Shown: one piece after another, positions 25,708 to 35,235 of the stretch
How positions within the stretch are numbered: the first letter of the stretch is position 1
How the letters are laid out: each line of letters begins with the position of its first letter
From: an uncultured virus (IMG/VR IMGVR_UViG_3300036815_000199)
Taxonomy: Duplodnaviria > Heunggongvirae > Uroviricota > Caudoviricetes
DNA length: 64,000 nucleotides
Virus record (IMG/VR): IMGVR_UViG_3300036815_000199
Reading direction: 5' to 3' (one strand)
Position numbers and translations under genes: made by a program
The notes under the pieces: model-generated
What the model saw: the letters and a program-made list of their open reading frames with translations, nothing else
Databases searched by the model: none
Told to the model about the DNA's origin: nothing

Positions 25708-26732
25708 GGGCCGGTCCCGGCCGCCGGGGTCCAGGACCGCAGCACCTCGGGCACCACCACCGGCACCAGCGCCCGCTGCCCGGGGGTCAGGTCGAGGCGG
25801 GCGATCACCGCGTCGATCAGCCGGCCCACGTCGGCGCCGAGGATCCGCGCCAGGTCGATCGCCTGCTGCTGCGCGCCCGCGTCCAGCGCCGCCTTGCACA
25901 CCCGGGCGAAGTGCGCCCGCTCGGCGTCGTAGGCGGCCAGCACCGCGTGCGGGCCGGCCTGCTCGACGACCTCGGCGAGCTCCCCGTCCCGGACGGTGAC
26001 CTTCGCCGCCCCCCAGAACAGCCCCCCGCCCGCCCCCGTTTGCCCCTGCCTGTCACCGTCTGCGGCCGTCTGTCCCGGTCCGTCCGCGGCGAGCCGCTGC
26101 ACCTCGGCGCGCAGCGCGGCGACGTGCCCCGCCGACCAGCGGACCTCGTCCAGCAGCCCCTCCGCCGGGCCGATCTCCAGCGGGGAGGCGTACAACCTGA
26201 GCAGCGCCGACGCGCCGCGCCGCCGCTGGTCGGCCAGCGACACCCCGGCGTGGTGGTAGCAGGCGCCGGTGCCCTTCACCGCCTGCTCATGGCAGCAGCC
26301 GGCGGCGGGCGGCGGCTGGTCCTTGCGGTGGCTGCACTTGCGCTTGTGGTGGGTGCACTCGGGCCGCTCGTGCACCGTGCACCACCGGGCGCCACCTACA
26401 GGGGCGGGCGGCGCCGCGGGCACGTTCAGGGTTCCCGGGCCGCGGCGCAGGCCGAGGGCGCGGGCGAGGCGGGCGATGGTCTCGCCCTGGCGGCGCTGCA
26501 CGGCCAGGGCGGGGTTCTCGACGGCGCGGTCGCCGTGGCTGATCAGCACCGACGTGTTGTCGAGCAGCCGGGTGGCCTGGCGGTGGGAGCGGACGGCCTG
26601 CACGTAGGCGTCGACGGTGTCGGGGTCGGCGCGGAACAGCTGCCCGGCGGCGGTGAGGCGGTCGATGACGTCGGCCCAGATGGTGCGGCGCTCGTCGTCG
26701 TAGCCGGGCGGGGGGTCGAGGCGGCCGGTCAC
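25704..26732 (-). CDS. terS: Terminase small subunit: P27-family N-terminus fused to a Cys/His domain and helical C-terminus
   Basis: PPPGY....RTIW...ENPALAV...LARALGL; C-terminal CCHEQAVKGTGACYHHAG; AGGAG RBS. Confidence 0.75.
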   Translation of the reverse strand: MTGRLDPPPGYDDERRTIWADVIDRLTAAGQLFRADPDTVDAYVQAVRSHRQATRLLDNTSVLISHGDRAVENPALAVQRRQGETIARLARALGLRRGPGTLNVPAAPPAPVGGARWCTVHERPECTHHKRKCSHRKDQPPPAAGCCHEQAVKGTGACYHHAGVSLADQRRRGASALLRLYASPLEIGPAEGLLDEVRWSAGHVAALRAEVQRLAADGPGQTAADGDRQGQTGAGGGLFWGAAKVTVRDGELAEVVEQAGPHAVLAAYDAERAHFARVCKAALDAGAQQQAIDLARILGADVGRLIDAVIARLDLTPGQRALVPVVVPEVLRSWTPAAGTGP

Positions 26733-26906
26733 GGTCGCGGGTCTCCTTTGCAGGGGCGTGCCGGTGCTGCTGGCCGCCGGTGCGCGGGCGGGGCCGGTGC
26801 TAACCCTGATCTTAGGGCGCTGGCCTGCGGTTGCGCCGGGTTGGCTGCGCGGCCGGGGCGGGCGCGGTTACGATGCCGGCAGGGGGGGTTACCGACGGGA
26901 CGGGCG

Positions 26907-27122
26907 ATGGTCAATGGGGAACGGGGCCGGCTGCGCTATGAGCTGGCGGCCCTGGAGCAGCTGATCGAGCTGAGCGGCGACGACCTGGACGCCGCCGCGG
27001 ACTACTGGGCTGCCCAGGCCGCGGAGATCCGCCGCCGGCTGCGCGGCGCGGCCGTCGTGGTGTCCCCGGACGCGGCGACGGGGACCGGCACGGCGGCCGG
27101 CCCCCGTGCGCGGTGCAACTAG
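26907..27122 (+). CDS. Hypothetical protein
   Basis: Short helical ORF (RYELAALEQLIEL...YWAAQAAEIRRRL). Confidence 0.45.
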   Translation: MVNGERGRLRYELAALEQLIELSGDDLDAAADYWAAQAAEIRRRLRGAAVVVSPDAATGTGTAAGPRARCN

Positions 27123-28258
27123 GCGACCGGCGCGTTGCCGGTGAACATCACGAAGTGGCTGCCGGTAACCGACGCGCCCGACGCGACGGGCCCGTGCGGG
27201 CCGCTGTTGATCCCGCCCGCGATCGACCCGTTGGGGGCGACCAGGGCGCCGCCCGCCGACGGGCTGATCGCCTCGGTGGTGTTGAGGGTCAGCCAGTCGG
27301 TGAACGGGCCGGTGCCGTCCTGCGCGCCGGCGTACTCGAACACCGAGACGGGCTGGCAGGCGCCGCTCGCGTAGTCGGCGACCTGCCCGGGCGGGGTGCC
27401 GTTGAGGGTGATCGGGAAGCCGCCGCCGGTGCAGGCGACGAGGGAGGTCAGGTTCTCGCTGATCCCGGCGCCGGCGTTGTCGAAGGTGGTGCCGGCCGGC
27501 AGCCGGACGGTGGCGGTCTGCACGCCGGCCAGGTCGCCGGAGACCGGGGTGACGGTCGGGGCGTCGAGGTCATCGGCCTGGAACAGGATCACGTTCTTGG
27601 TGATCGTGCGGGTGATGATCCGGCAGCGGAAGAAGTCGCCGGGCAGCTGCCCGGCGATCAGCGGCGCGCCGGGCTCGGTGACGCCCGGGACCGGGGTGAC
27701 GCCGTGGTGCACGACGAGGGCGGTGGTGACCGCCGACGGGGTGGTGGCGGGGGTGGTCGGCGTCAGCGGGTTGACGCGCGGGCCGCCGAGGATGCAGACC
27801 AGGATCCTGATCGTGCGGGTCTTGGTGATCTTCTGCTCGCTCACCCACACGTGGTGGCCGAACGGCACCGCGGCGAGGTTCGGGAAGCCGGTCAGGGTGC
27901 CCTGCCCGAACGGGCAGCCGGGCGCGGCCGACACGCCGTACTGCACGGCGTAGCTGGTGGACAGGTTGCCGGAGAACAGGCCGACGGCGGCGGTCTCGCC
28001 CGTCGTCGAGTTGCACATCTTGATGCCGTGCCGGCCGCCGGCGACGGTCAGCCCGTACTGGTCGGCGGCGACGACGGCCTGGTTGGCGGTGAACCCGGCG
28101 GCGGATGTGGTGGTGGCGACATAGCCGCCCGACCCGATCGTGTTGGTGTTCGGCGCGGGACTGACGGCCGCGTAGGCGGCGCCCGCTCCGGCGCCGAGCG
28201 CCAGCGCGGCGGCCGCCACGATGACGGCGGCGCGGCGGCGCGGCAGACGGAATCGCAT
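27119..28258 (-). CDS. Secreted protein (moron-like)
   Basis: GAGGAGAGGA RBS; signal peptide MRFRLPRRRAAVIVAAAALALG...AYA; paired cysteines. Confidence 0.8.
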   Translation of the reverse strand: MRFRLPRRRAAVIVAAAALALGAGAGAAYAAVSPAPNTNTIGSGGYVATTTSAAGFTANQAVVAADQYGLTVAGGRHGIKMCNSTTGETAAVGLFSGNLSTSYAVQYGVSAAPGCPFGQGTLTGFPNLAAVPFGHHVWVSEQKITKTRTIRILVCILGGPRVNPLTPTTPATTPSAVTTALVVHHGVTPVPGVTEPGAPLIAGQLPGDFFRCRIITRTITKNVILFQADDLDAPTVTPVSGDLAGVQTATVRLPAGTTFDNAGAGISENLTSLVACTGGGFPITLNGTPPGQVADYASGACQPVSVFEYAGAQDGTGPFTDWLTLNTTEAISPSAGGALVAPNGSIAGGINSGPHGPVASGASVTGSHFVMFTGNAPVA

Positions 28259-28386
28259 GAGCGTGTTCCTCTCCTCGGAGACGATGACTGTCGTGTCCGG
28301 GACGTGTGCGCGCCGCCCCCGGCTCACCATAGGGGACGCTGAGCGGCGGCTGAAGGGTTACCGGGAAAGGTTTACCGCCGCGTTGT

Positions 28387-28417
28387 TTGACCGTCAGTGA
28401 TTGCCCTGTTACGGTCA
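28387..28417 (+). promoter_or_regulatory. Sigma70-type promoter TTGACC-N17-TACGGT overlapped by an inverted repeat
   Basis: -35 at 28387, -10 at 28410; TGACCGT 28388-28394 / ACGGTCA 28411-28417. Confidence 0.55.
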
Positions 28418-28666
28418 GGTACCATGCTCGACGGCGAGCGGCCCCCGGCCCCCCCGATCTCGGCGCTCGACGCGATCCTGGCGATCAACGGCTGGGACAC
28501 GCCGCCGCCCTCGCTCACCGACTCCCTCGCCCGGCAGGAAGCGGCCCCCTGCCGGGCGGGGGCGCCCCGCGGCCCGCACAGCGATTCTCCGCCCGCCGCG
28601 AACCCCGCTGACCCGGCCGCACGCGGCGCGGCTCGTATCACCCGGCAAATGGCCGCTCCGGGTTTT

Positions 28667-29212
28667 TTACGGCCGGTTCCTGGCGGTCACCGTCAGCCAC
28701 GTGTCCGCGATCTCGGCCGCCGCCAGCGGCGCGCGGCCCGGGCGGGCCAGCTCGTTGATCCAGCGGGCCAGGTCGCGGGCCAGCCCCCCGCCGCCGAAGA
28801 TGCCGGTCTCGTCGCCGTACCCGTGGGCGTAGAACCCGCCCCGCCCCGGGCTCAGCGCCCGGCCCGGGGACTGCGCGGCGACCAGCAGCCGCGCCGGCGG
28901 CCGGCCGCCCGCGCCCGCGGCGCCCGCCCGCCCCGCCTCGGTCACGCGGGTGATCCGGTCCGGCGGGGTCAGCGGCTGCCCCGCCCGCCCCGCCGCGATC
29001 GTCACGTCGCCCAGCCGGAACCGGTCGCTGTGCACCGCGGCGGCCAGGTGCCCGGCCAGGTCGACGGCCAGGAAGTCACCGCTCTTGTGGCCGCGCGCCG
29101 CCCAGCACCAGGCGCTGCCGTCGGCGGCGGCGGCGAACACCCGGTCGCCGGGCAGCCAGTCCCGGCACCCGGCCGCCGCCGCCACCGCGGCGAGCGCGAC
29201 GTCGGCGAGCAT
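28667..29212 (-). CDS. Hypothetical protein
   Basis: TGATG coupling with the upstream gene. Confidence 0.55.
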   Translation of the reverse strand: MLADVALAAVAAAAGCRDWLPGDRVFAAAADGSAWCWAARGHKSGDFLAVDLAGHLAAAVHSDRFRLGDVTIAAGRAGQPLTPPDRITRVTEAGRAGAAGAGGRPPARLLVAAQSPGRALSPGRGGFYAHGYGDETGIFGGGGLARDLARWINELARPGRAPLAAAEIADTWLTVTARNRP

Positions 29213-29529
29213 CACCCCGACCACCACGACGCGGGCAGCGCCCGCCGCTCGGCCGTCGCCATCGCCCGGATTCCCGTGACGCAGCGCGGGCAGTACACCG
29301 CCAGCCGCGACCGCGCCCACGCCTGCTCGTCCAGCGGGCCGGGCGTCCACCCGGTGTGCGGGTCGATCCGCCGGCATACCACCGCCTGCGGGTGGTAGTA
29401 GAACAGGTTGCCGCAGGTGTGGCAGCGGCCCAGCACCGCCGCCGGCGGCGGCGGGCGGCGGCGGCGGGCGGCATCCAGGCCCTCCAAGACCGCCGCCGCC
29501 GCGTCCAGCACCCGCCGCAGCCCCCTCAC
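29212..29529 (-). CDS. Zinc-finger-like hypothetical protein
   Basis: CHTCG...YCPRC. Confidence 0.6.
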   Translation of the reverse strand: MRGLRRVLDAAAAVLEGLDAARRRRPPPPAAVLGRCHTCGNLFYYHPQAVVCRRIDPHTGWTPGPLDEQAWARSRLAVYCPRCVTGIRAMATAERRALPASWWSG

Positions 29530-29744
29530 GGGCTATCCCGCGCAGCGGCCAGCAGCAGCGCCAGCAGCATCATGTCCCGCTCGTCCTGGCCGTGCTGCAG
29601 CCGCAGCGTGACCAGCACGGCGATCGGCGACGGGTCGGGCAGCTCGCCGCCGGCCAGCATGCCCGCCCAGGCGGCCGCCATCGCGGCGGCGCCGGCGACG
29701 CCCTGGTCGAACGCGGCGGTCTGCTCGGGGGTCGGCTTGCTCAT
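29526..29744 (-). CDS. Hypothetical protein
   Basis: GGAGGAAGG RBS, ATGA coupling. Confidence 0.55.
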   Translation of the reverse strand: MSKPTPEQTAAFDQGVAGAAAMAAAWAGMLAGGELPDPSPIAVLVTLRLQHGQDERDMMLLALLLAAARDSP

Positions 29745-30006
29745 CGCGCCTTCCTCCGGGCCGGGCATGACGTCGTAGTCATCCAGGGCCGGAAGTCGCC
29801 GGGGGCCGGCTGCCGGGTTGCCGCGGGCGGCGGCGGGCCCTGCTGCCAGCCGATCGCGAACCCGCCCCCGCCCCACCCGCCGGGCACCGGCGGCGGGTAC
29901 CACCACGCGGGCGGCGCCTGCCGGGTGCCCTGGCCGCGCCGGGTCAGCCGCAGCATCAGCCGGGCGACACCCCGCCCGATCGCGGGCGGCCCGATGCTGA
30001 CGGCGG

Positions 30007-30369
30007 TCACGGCGCGCCGCCGTGCACGTGCCGCACCGGCAGCGGGTCCAGGTGCCAGGTGCTCTCGCCCGGCTCGCGGTGCAGCACCCCCGGGACGCCG
30101 AGCGGGCCCGGGCCGAGGTCGGCCGACAGCAGCCCCGCCTCGGCCCAGTCCAGCAGCTGGGCCATCACCTCGCCGTGCCCCGCCTCGCTGGCGTGCCGGC
30201 CGCACAGCACGGCCAGCATCCGCCCGTGGTGCGGCCCGCCCGACGCGATCAGGTGCCCCGTCGCGGGCACCAGGCCGGGGCCGGTGCACACCATGCACGC
30301 CCAGCCCGCGCCGTCGACCTGATCGCAGCGGGCCGAGAACACCAGCTCCAGCCCGGTCCAGCCGGTCAC
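30007..30369 (-). CDS. Hypothetical protein with Cys/His motifs
   Basis: CMVC...LCGRH; GTGA coupling. Confidence 0.55.
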   Translation of the reverse strand: MTGWTGLELVFSARCDQVDGAGWACMVCTGPGLVPATGHLIASGGPHHGRMLAVLCGRHASEAGHGEVMAQLLDWAEAGLLSADLGPGPLGVPGVLHREPGESTWHLDPLPVRHVHGGAP

Positions 30370-30662
30370 GGCGGCGGCCCCTCCGGCCAGCGGATCGACA
30401 GCCAGCCGCGGGCGTGCCCGGCGATCCCGGCGACCGGCACGGCGCTGGCCCGCAGCTCCCACGCGCCGGGCGGCAGCGTCGCGGTGACCATCGACAGCCC
30501 GCCCGGCAGCGGCGGTGCGCCGTCCGGCCGGGTCGACGTCACCTGCGCGGACACGTCCGTCCCGCACGCCAGGGTGTCGGGCAGCGGGGTGCGCAGCAGG
30601 CCCGCCTCGGCGAGCAGGCCGAGCGCCGCCATCACTTCCGTCAGGTCCGCGTAGCTGGTCAC
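30366..30662 (-). CDS. Hypothetical protein
   Basis: Coupled ORF. Confidence 0.55.
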   Translation of the reverse strand: MTSYADLTEVMAALGLLAEAGLLRTPLPDTLACGTDVSAQVTSTRPDGAPPLPGGLSMVTATLPPGAWELRASAVPVAGIAGHARGWLSIRWPEGPPP

Positions 30663-31081
30663 CCGCCCTCACCGTCCTCCGCGATCTCGGCGGTCACCAC
30701 GTAGCCGGGCTGCGCGGCCGCGGCCCGGGCGTAGCCGTCGGCGGTCGCGCGGGCCAGCTGCCAGGCGCCGATCGCCTGGTGCAGCGGGTCGCTGGCGGTC
30801 AGGTACCAGGCCGGGTCCACCTCGGCGGTCAGCAGCTCGGCGAGCCGGGCGGCCTCGGTCTCGTCATCGACCACGTAGGCGGCGCGGGGCCGGTAGTGGT
30901 CCCGGGCGGCGGCCATCGCCACCGTCCAGGCGACCGCGATCGCCGCGCCGGCCTGCGCGCGGGCCGCCGCCGTGTCCAGCCCGGCCCGCTCGGCGATCAG
31001 CGCCCGCCCGGCGCGGGTCAGCTCCGGCGGCGCCGATCCCGGCCGGTCCCCGCCGGCCAGGATCACCACGTAGCGGGTCAC
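30659..31081 (-). CDS. Hypothetical protein
   Basis: Coupled ORF. Confidence 0.6.
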   Translation of the reverse strand: MTRYVVILAGGDRPGSAPPELTRAGRALIAERAGLDTAAARAQAGAAIAVAWTVAMAAARDHYRPRAAYVVDDETEAARLAELLTAEVDPAWYLTASDPLHQAIGAWQLARATADGYARAAAAQPGYVVTAEIAEDGEGG

Positions 31082-32940
31082 TGCTCGTCCCCGGCGTAGT
31101 TGGCCGACGGCTCGGCCTGGTAGTCCTCATCGCCCGGCCACGGGCCGCCCTCGCCGTCGCCGGTCTCGGGGTCGTCGTCGTCGCGGTCGCCGTCAGCGTC
31201 CGCGCTGTCCTCGGACTCGGCCAGCTCGCCGCGCCGGTCGCCGCCGCCCTCCCCCTCGTCGTCGCCGGGCAGGTGCACGACATCCTCGCCCCCGATGGCG
31301 TCCCGGCTGGCCGCCTCGGCGTCGTCCTCGGGGGGCACCACGGCCGTCGCGGCGACCGTCGCCTCCAGCTCCGACAGCCCGTAGCCGCAGTGGTCATGCA
31401 GGAACGCCAGGTAGCGGCCGGTGCGGTCCGGCCGGTACCACCGCGACTTCTTCTCGGCCTGCTGCCAGGTGTGCACGTCACGGGCGCCGTGCTCGTCGGC
31501 GCCCAGGCACATCGCCAGCTCGATGACCCGCCGCCGCGCCGGGCTCGCCTTGTACAGCAGCGCCAGCATCTCGTCGCGGGAGCCGAACGCCGCCCCGTCC
31601 AGGCCGAGCAGCTGCGCGGCGATCTTGTGGCCCTCGCCCATCGTCTGCGGCTCGGTCTCGTTGCGGGCGATCGCCTGCGCGCGGAACCACGCCGCCGGGT
31701 CCTCCAGCGCCTTGCCGAGGGTCTTGCGGGCCAGCAGCTCCTTCAGGAACGCGGTGCGGGTCTCGTTGGCTGACCGCCAGTCCCGGTTCTTGCGCAGCAG
31801 CGCCTTGCGTTCCTCCGACGCCGCCAGCGCGGCGGCGCTGCCCGGTTCCGGCTTGGTCTCCGACGTGACGCGGCCGCTGCGGCGGGTGTGCCCGTTGCCG
31901 TCGGGGTCGGCGCAGTAGTGGTGCTCGACGGCCCACGACTGGATCCACCCGGCGGCCTCGCCGTCGGCGTTGGTCTCGAACTCGACGTCGTAGTCGTCCT
32001 CCGGGCCGATGTCATTGGCGGCGCGGTAGGCGGCCTCGGCGGCCTCGTCGCGCCACCCCCAGTCGGTGCCGATGCTGACCGCGCGGCCCGGGCACGCCGC
32101 GTGCGCCTCATCGGTGATCGGGTTCCCGTCACCGTCGAGCAGGTTCGCCAGGTGCCACCAGCCCGTCGAATAGGCCCGGTCGGTGACCTGGTAGCCCGCT
32201 TCCTCGAGCTGGGCGGTCAGCGCCGCTTTCCGGGCGCGGGAGGCGCGGCTGTCACGCAGCTGCTGCACGACGTGGGCGAACTGGCCGGGGTCATCGCGGG
32301 CGACGGCGATCGCCGCGGCGGCGCCGCCGGCGTCGTTGGCCTCGTCGAACTCGGCCAGCTCGGCGCGCTGCAGCAGGTCCAGCTCGTACCGCTCGCCGGC
32401 CGCCCGGGCGAACTCCGATCCGGCGACCACCCTGGCCGCGTCGACCTCCGGCCGGGACAGGCCCGTCCGCTTGGCGATCTGCGCCGGGGTCACGCTCAGG
32501 TCGAACAGGGTGGCGACGGCGGCGGTTTCCTCGTCGACGGTGTAGCCCTGCCGGGCCCGGTTCTCGGTGATCTGCGCGATGAGCTGGTCGGCCATCGCCG
32601 CCTTGGCGGTGCCCTCCGGGCCGGCGATGTAGCCGAGCACCGGCACCCCGGCCCTGGCGCAGCCGATCGTGCGGCGGGTGCCCAGCAGCACGACCAGGCT
32701 GCCGTCGTCGCGGGTCACGATGACGACCGGGGTGTGGTTGCCGCAGCGGGCGGTCTCCCCGTCGGCGGCGCCGTGCACCGGGACCGCCGGGGCGTTCTTG
32801 GCGTGCGCGGCGAGCTGCGCGACGAACGTGCCGTCGACGGTGCCGTCGGCGTCGTCGCGGCGGCTGATGTCCAGCAGCAGCGCGGCGGGGGCGAACGCCT
32901 CCAGCGTCAGGACGGCGGCGGTGTCAGGTTGTGCGGTCAT
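31078..32940 (-). CDS. ParB/RepB/Spo0J-family protein
   Basis: VVIV....LVVLLGTRR, QITENRARQG, HTH PAQIAKRTGLSRPEV; preceded by CTGAAGGAGAGA. Confidence 0.85.
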   Translation of the reverse strand: MTAQPDTAAVLTLEAFAPAALLLDISRRDDADGTVDGTFVAQLAAHAKNAPAVPVHGAADGETARCGNHTPVVIVTRDDGSLVVLLGTRRTIGCARAGVPVLGYIAGPEGTAKAAMADQLIAQITENRARQGYTVDEETAAVATLFDLSVTPAQIAKRTGLSRPEVDAARVVAGSEFARAAGERYELDLLQRAELAEFDEANDAGGAAAAIAVARDDPGQFAHVVQQLRDSRASRARKAALTAQLEEAGYQVTDRAYSTGWWHLANLLDGDGNPITDEAHAACPGRAVSIGTDWGWRDEAAEAAYRAANDIGPEDDYDVEFETNADGEAAGWIQSWAVEHHYCADPDGNGHTRRSGRVTSETKPEPGSAAALAASEERKALLRKNRDWRSANETRTAFLKELLARKTLGKALEDPAAWFRAQAIARNETEPQTMGEGHKIAAQLLGLDGAAFGSRDEMLALLYKASPARRRVIELAMCLGADEHGARDVHTWQQAEKKSRWYRPDRTGRYLAFLHDHCGYGLSELEATVAATAVVPPEDDAEAASRDAIGGEDVVHLPGDDEGEGGGDRRGELAESEDSADADGDRDDDDPETGDGEGGPWPGDEDYQAEPSANYAGDEQ

Positions 32941-32961
32941 GGTTCTCTCCTTCAGTCGGTT

Positions 32962-34041
32962 CTACTCGGTCGGATCGGTTACCGGGTCATCATCGAACAG
33001 GGTGGCCGCCTCGTCGCTCGTTTTGCCGAGGTCGGTCAGGTCGGGGCGCAGCACCAGCGCCTTTTGCAGGAAGTCCTTGCGGCGGCGGCGCGGCTGGGCG
33101 TCGAGCGGTTCGGGCAGGTCGAACAGGGTGCCGTCGCCGGGCAGCTCGACGTCGGCGACAGGCGGCGGCGCGGCGGGCAGCGCCGGCGGCGCCGGGTCGG
33201 CGGCGGCGGACACCATCCGGTCAGCCTGCCGCAGCAGCGCCAGCATCGTGGCGTCCTTCCACAGCTCCCGGGCGTGCTCGATCGCGCCGGTCTGCGCCTG
33301 CCACGCGCGGGCGGGCCAGTCCGGCTCGGCGAGGGTGTCGGCGACGCCGATGATCACGTTGGGGCCCAGCCCCCACACGTGGCAGTTGACGGCCAGCCCG
33401 GCGACGACCTGCGGGCTGATGTCGTTGACGACCCACACGAACTCGGCGGGGTCGCGGCCCGCCTCGCGGATCACCTGCGCGGCGGCGCGCACCATCCCGC
33501 CGGTGCCGGCGGCCGGCTCGGCGATCGACGCGCCCGGTTTCAGGTCCCGGCAGTCGCCGAGGATCATCTGCGCCATCAGGTAGCACAGGTGCTCGGGGCT
33601 GTAGAACTCGCCGCGGGCGCCGCGGGCCGCCTTCGGCCGCATCGTGGTGTAGGCGTGGCCGAGCAGGTCGACGTCGGCCAGGTGCCCGTCGCCGACGAGC
33701 TGCCCCAGGCCGGCCTTGGCGGCGGCGCGGACGGTCGCGGCGACCGCGCGGGCGGTGCCGTCGTCGACCTGCTCGGCGTTCATCCAGCCGGCCAGCGGGC
33801 CGCACAGGTTGTACAGGTCGGGGCGCTGCAGGTAGAACCACGACCACATGGCGGTGACGTCGTAGACGATCTGCCGGTCGGTGCCCGCCAGCAGCCTGCC
33901 GGCGTCGATCTTGTCGGCGAACATGAACGCGGCCAGCGCCGCCATCGGCGTGCACGTGTCACCCGACCCCTGCCGGGAGAACCACGCATCGTAGGCGCGG
34001 TCGCAGATCCGGACCGCCGCCTCGCGGGCGCCGTAGCTCAT
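32962..34041 (-). CDS. N6-adenine methyltransferase-like (HsdM-like) protein without a visible catalytic NPP(F/Y) motif
   Basis: DLLGHAY, RGEFYSP, EPAAGTGGM, ADTL; no NPPF/Y follows. Confidence 0.8.
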   Translation of the reverse strand: MSYGAREAAVRICDRAYDAWFSRQGSGDTCTPMAALAAFMFADKIDAGRLLAGTDRQIVYDVTAMWSWFYLQRPDLYNLCGPLAGWMNAEQVDDGTARAVAATVRAAAKAGLGQLVGDGHLADVDLLGHAYTTMRPKAARGARGEFYSPEHLCYLMAQMILGDCRDLKPGASIAEPAAGTGGMVRAAAQVIREAGRDPAEFVWVVNDISPQVVAGLAVNCHVWGLGPNVIIGVADTLAEPDWPARAWQAQTGAIEHARELWKDATMLALLRQADRMVSAAADPAPPALPAAPPPVADVELPGDGTLFDLPEPLDAQPRRRRKDFLQKALVLRPDLTDLGKTSDEAATLFDDDPVTDPTE

Positions 34042-34808
34042 GCGTCCTCGCAGATGAGCTTGTGGCCGGGGCTGCCGATCCGGTAGCCGCAGGCGCGGTG
34101 CACCTTGCCGAGCACCGGCGCGGGGTCGGCGGTGACCTCGTCGGCCGGCGCGGGGTCAGGCTGGACCGCGTCGGGCGGCCCGGGGTCGGGCTTGACCTCG
34201 TCGACCTCGTCGACGGCGGCGGGATCTCCGGGGTCGGCGGGCAGCGGCGCGGAGTCGGCGGCCGGCTCGGCCGGCACCGCCAGGACCGCCGGCACGGGCG
34301 GGGTCCGCAGCTCAGCCAGCCGGTCAGTCACCAGCTGGTCCGCTATCTCGTCGATGGTCCGGTCGTCGTCGTCGGGCTCGACCGGGACCTCCGGCACCGG
34401 CGGTAGCTGCTGCTGCGGGGCGAGCGCCGCGCCGGCCAGCCGCGGGTCGCCGGGCAGGATCAGCACGTCGCCGGGCGCCAGGTACACGTAGCGCAGCTCG
34501 GCGCCCACCGGCGCGTAACCGCGCGGCACGGCCAGCCAGGCGCGGCCGCCGTCCGGGTTCAGGCCGGGGCATGGCGTCACGTCGCACGGGATGACGGTCA
34601 CGGCCGCCGGCGCGCCGCCGCGAGTGACCGCCGCGCGCAGCGTCACCCCGCCGGGCGGGTTGCCGCGGTAGTCGTACTCGTGCAGCGGCGTCGACCACGC
34701 CGCCGGGTTGTCCGCCGGGACCCGCCCGGCGGCGGCCTCGGCGGTGCCCGCCGCGCCGGGATGGTCGGCGTGCTTGCCGCGGGTGTCGAACTGTCTGGTG
34801 TGTGCCAT
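34038..34808 (-). CDS. Hypothetical protein
   Basis: GGAGAGA RBS before ATG 34808; Pro/Asp-rich linker, C-terminal HxxC...HxxxC. Confidence 0.65.
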   Translation of the reverse strand: MAHTRQFDTRGKHADHPGAAGTAEAAAGRVPADNPAAWSTPLHEYDYRGNPPGGVTLRAAVTRGGAPAAVTVIPCDVTPCPGLNPDGGRAWLAVPRGYAPVGAELRYVYLAPGDVLILPGDPRLAGAALAPQQQLPPVPEVPVEPDDDDRTIDEIADQLVTDRLAELRTPPVPAVLAVPAEPAADSAPLPADPGDPAAVDEVDEVKPDPGPPDAVQPDPAPADEVTADPAPVLGKVHRACGYRIGSPGHKLICEDA

Positions 34809-34809
34809 G

Positions 34810-35235
34810 TCAGGGTCTCTCCAGGGGGGGTTGGTCATCGGAGTTCGGGTACAGTACCGCCTCCCGCCAGCCGAGCTCGGCGCGGGCGGCCAGGGCGACC
34901 TGTTCGGCCGCGTCGGCCAGCAGGGCGAGCTGCCCGTCGTCGAGCGGCGCGACGGCGGCGGGCAGGTGCCCGTCGCGGGCCATCGCGTGCCGCAGGGCGC
35001 GGGCGCCGGCGGCGGCGGTCACGCTGATCGCCGCCCACCGCCACGGGCCGGGGTCACGGTCGCGCCAGCGGCGGGCCCGGCCCTCCTTCTCGGCGGTGCG
35101 CAGGATCAGCAGCACCCGGTGCCGGTCCTTGCCGGTGGCGGCGGCGATCGCCGGGGTGGTGGCGCCGGGGTGGTCGCGGAGCCAGCCGAGCACCTCGGCC
35201 CACCCGGCGATCCGGCCGGCGCCGGGCACGGTCAC
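34810..35235 (-). CDS. Winged-helix DNA-binding protein (putative)
   Basis: LRDHPGATTPAIAAATG....VLLILRTAEKEG. Confidence 0.6.
   Translation of the reverse strand: MTVPGAGRIAGWAEVLGWLRDHPGATTPAIAAATGKDRHRVLLILRTAEKEGRARRWRDRDPGPWRWAAISVTAAAGARALRHAMARDGHLPAAVAPLDDGQLALLADAAEQVALAARAELGWREAVLYPNSDDQPPLERP

Noticed and set aside
26729..26914. Expected HNH gene and cos site upstream of the P27-type terS
   Set aside because: The ORF has no HNH motif and no cos sequence can be identified from sequence alone.
34821..34838. MTNPPW at the annotated start of ORF 34038..34838, which could supply the missing NPP(W) motif of the adjacent methyltransferase in trans
   Set aside because: The better start is ATG 34808 with a GGAGAGA RBS; the NPPW codons overlap that RBS region and the upstream gene, so this is probably coincidental.
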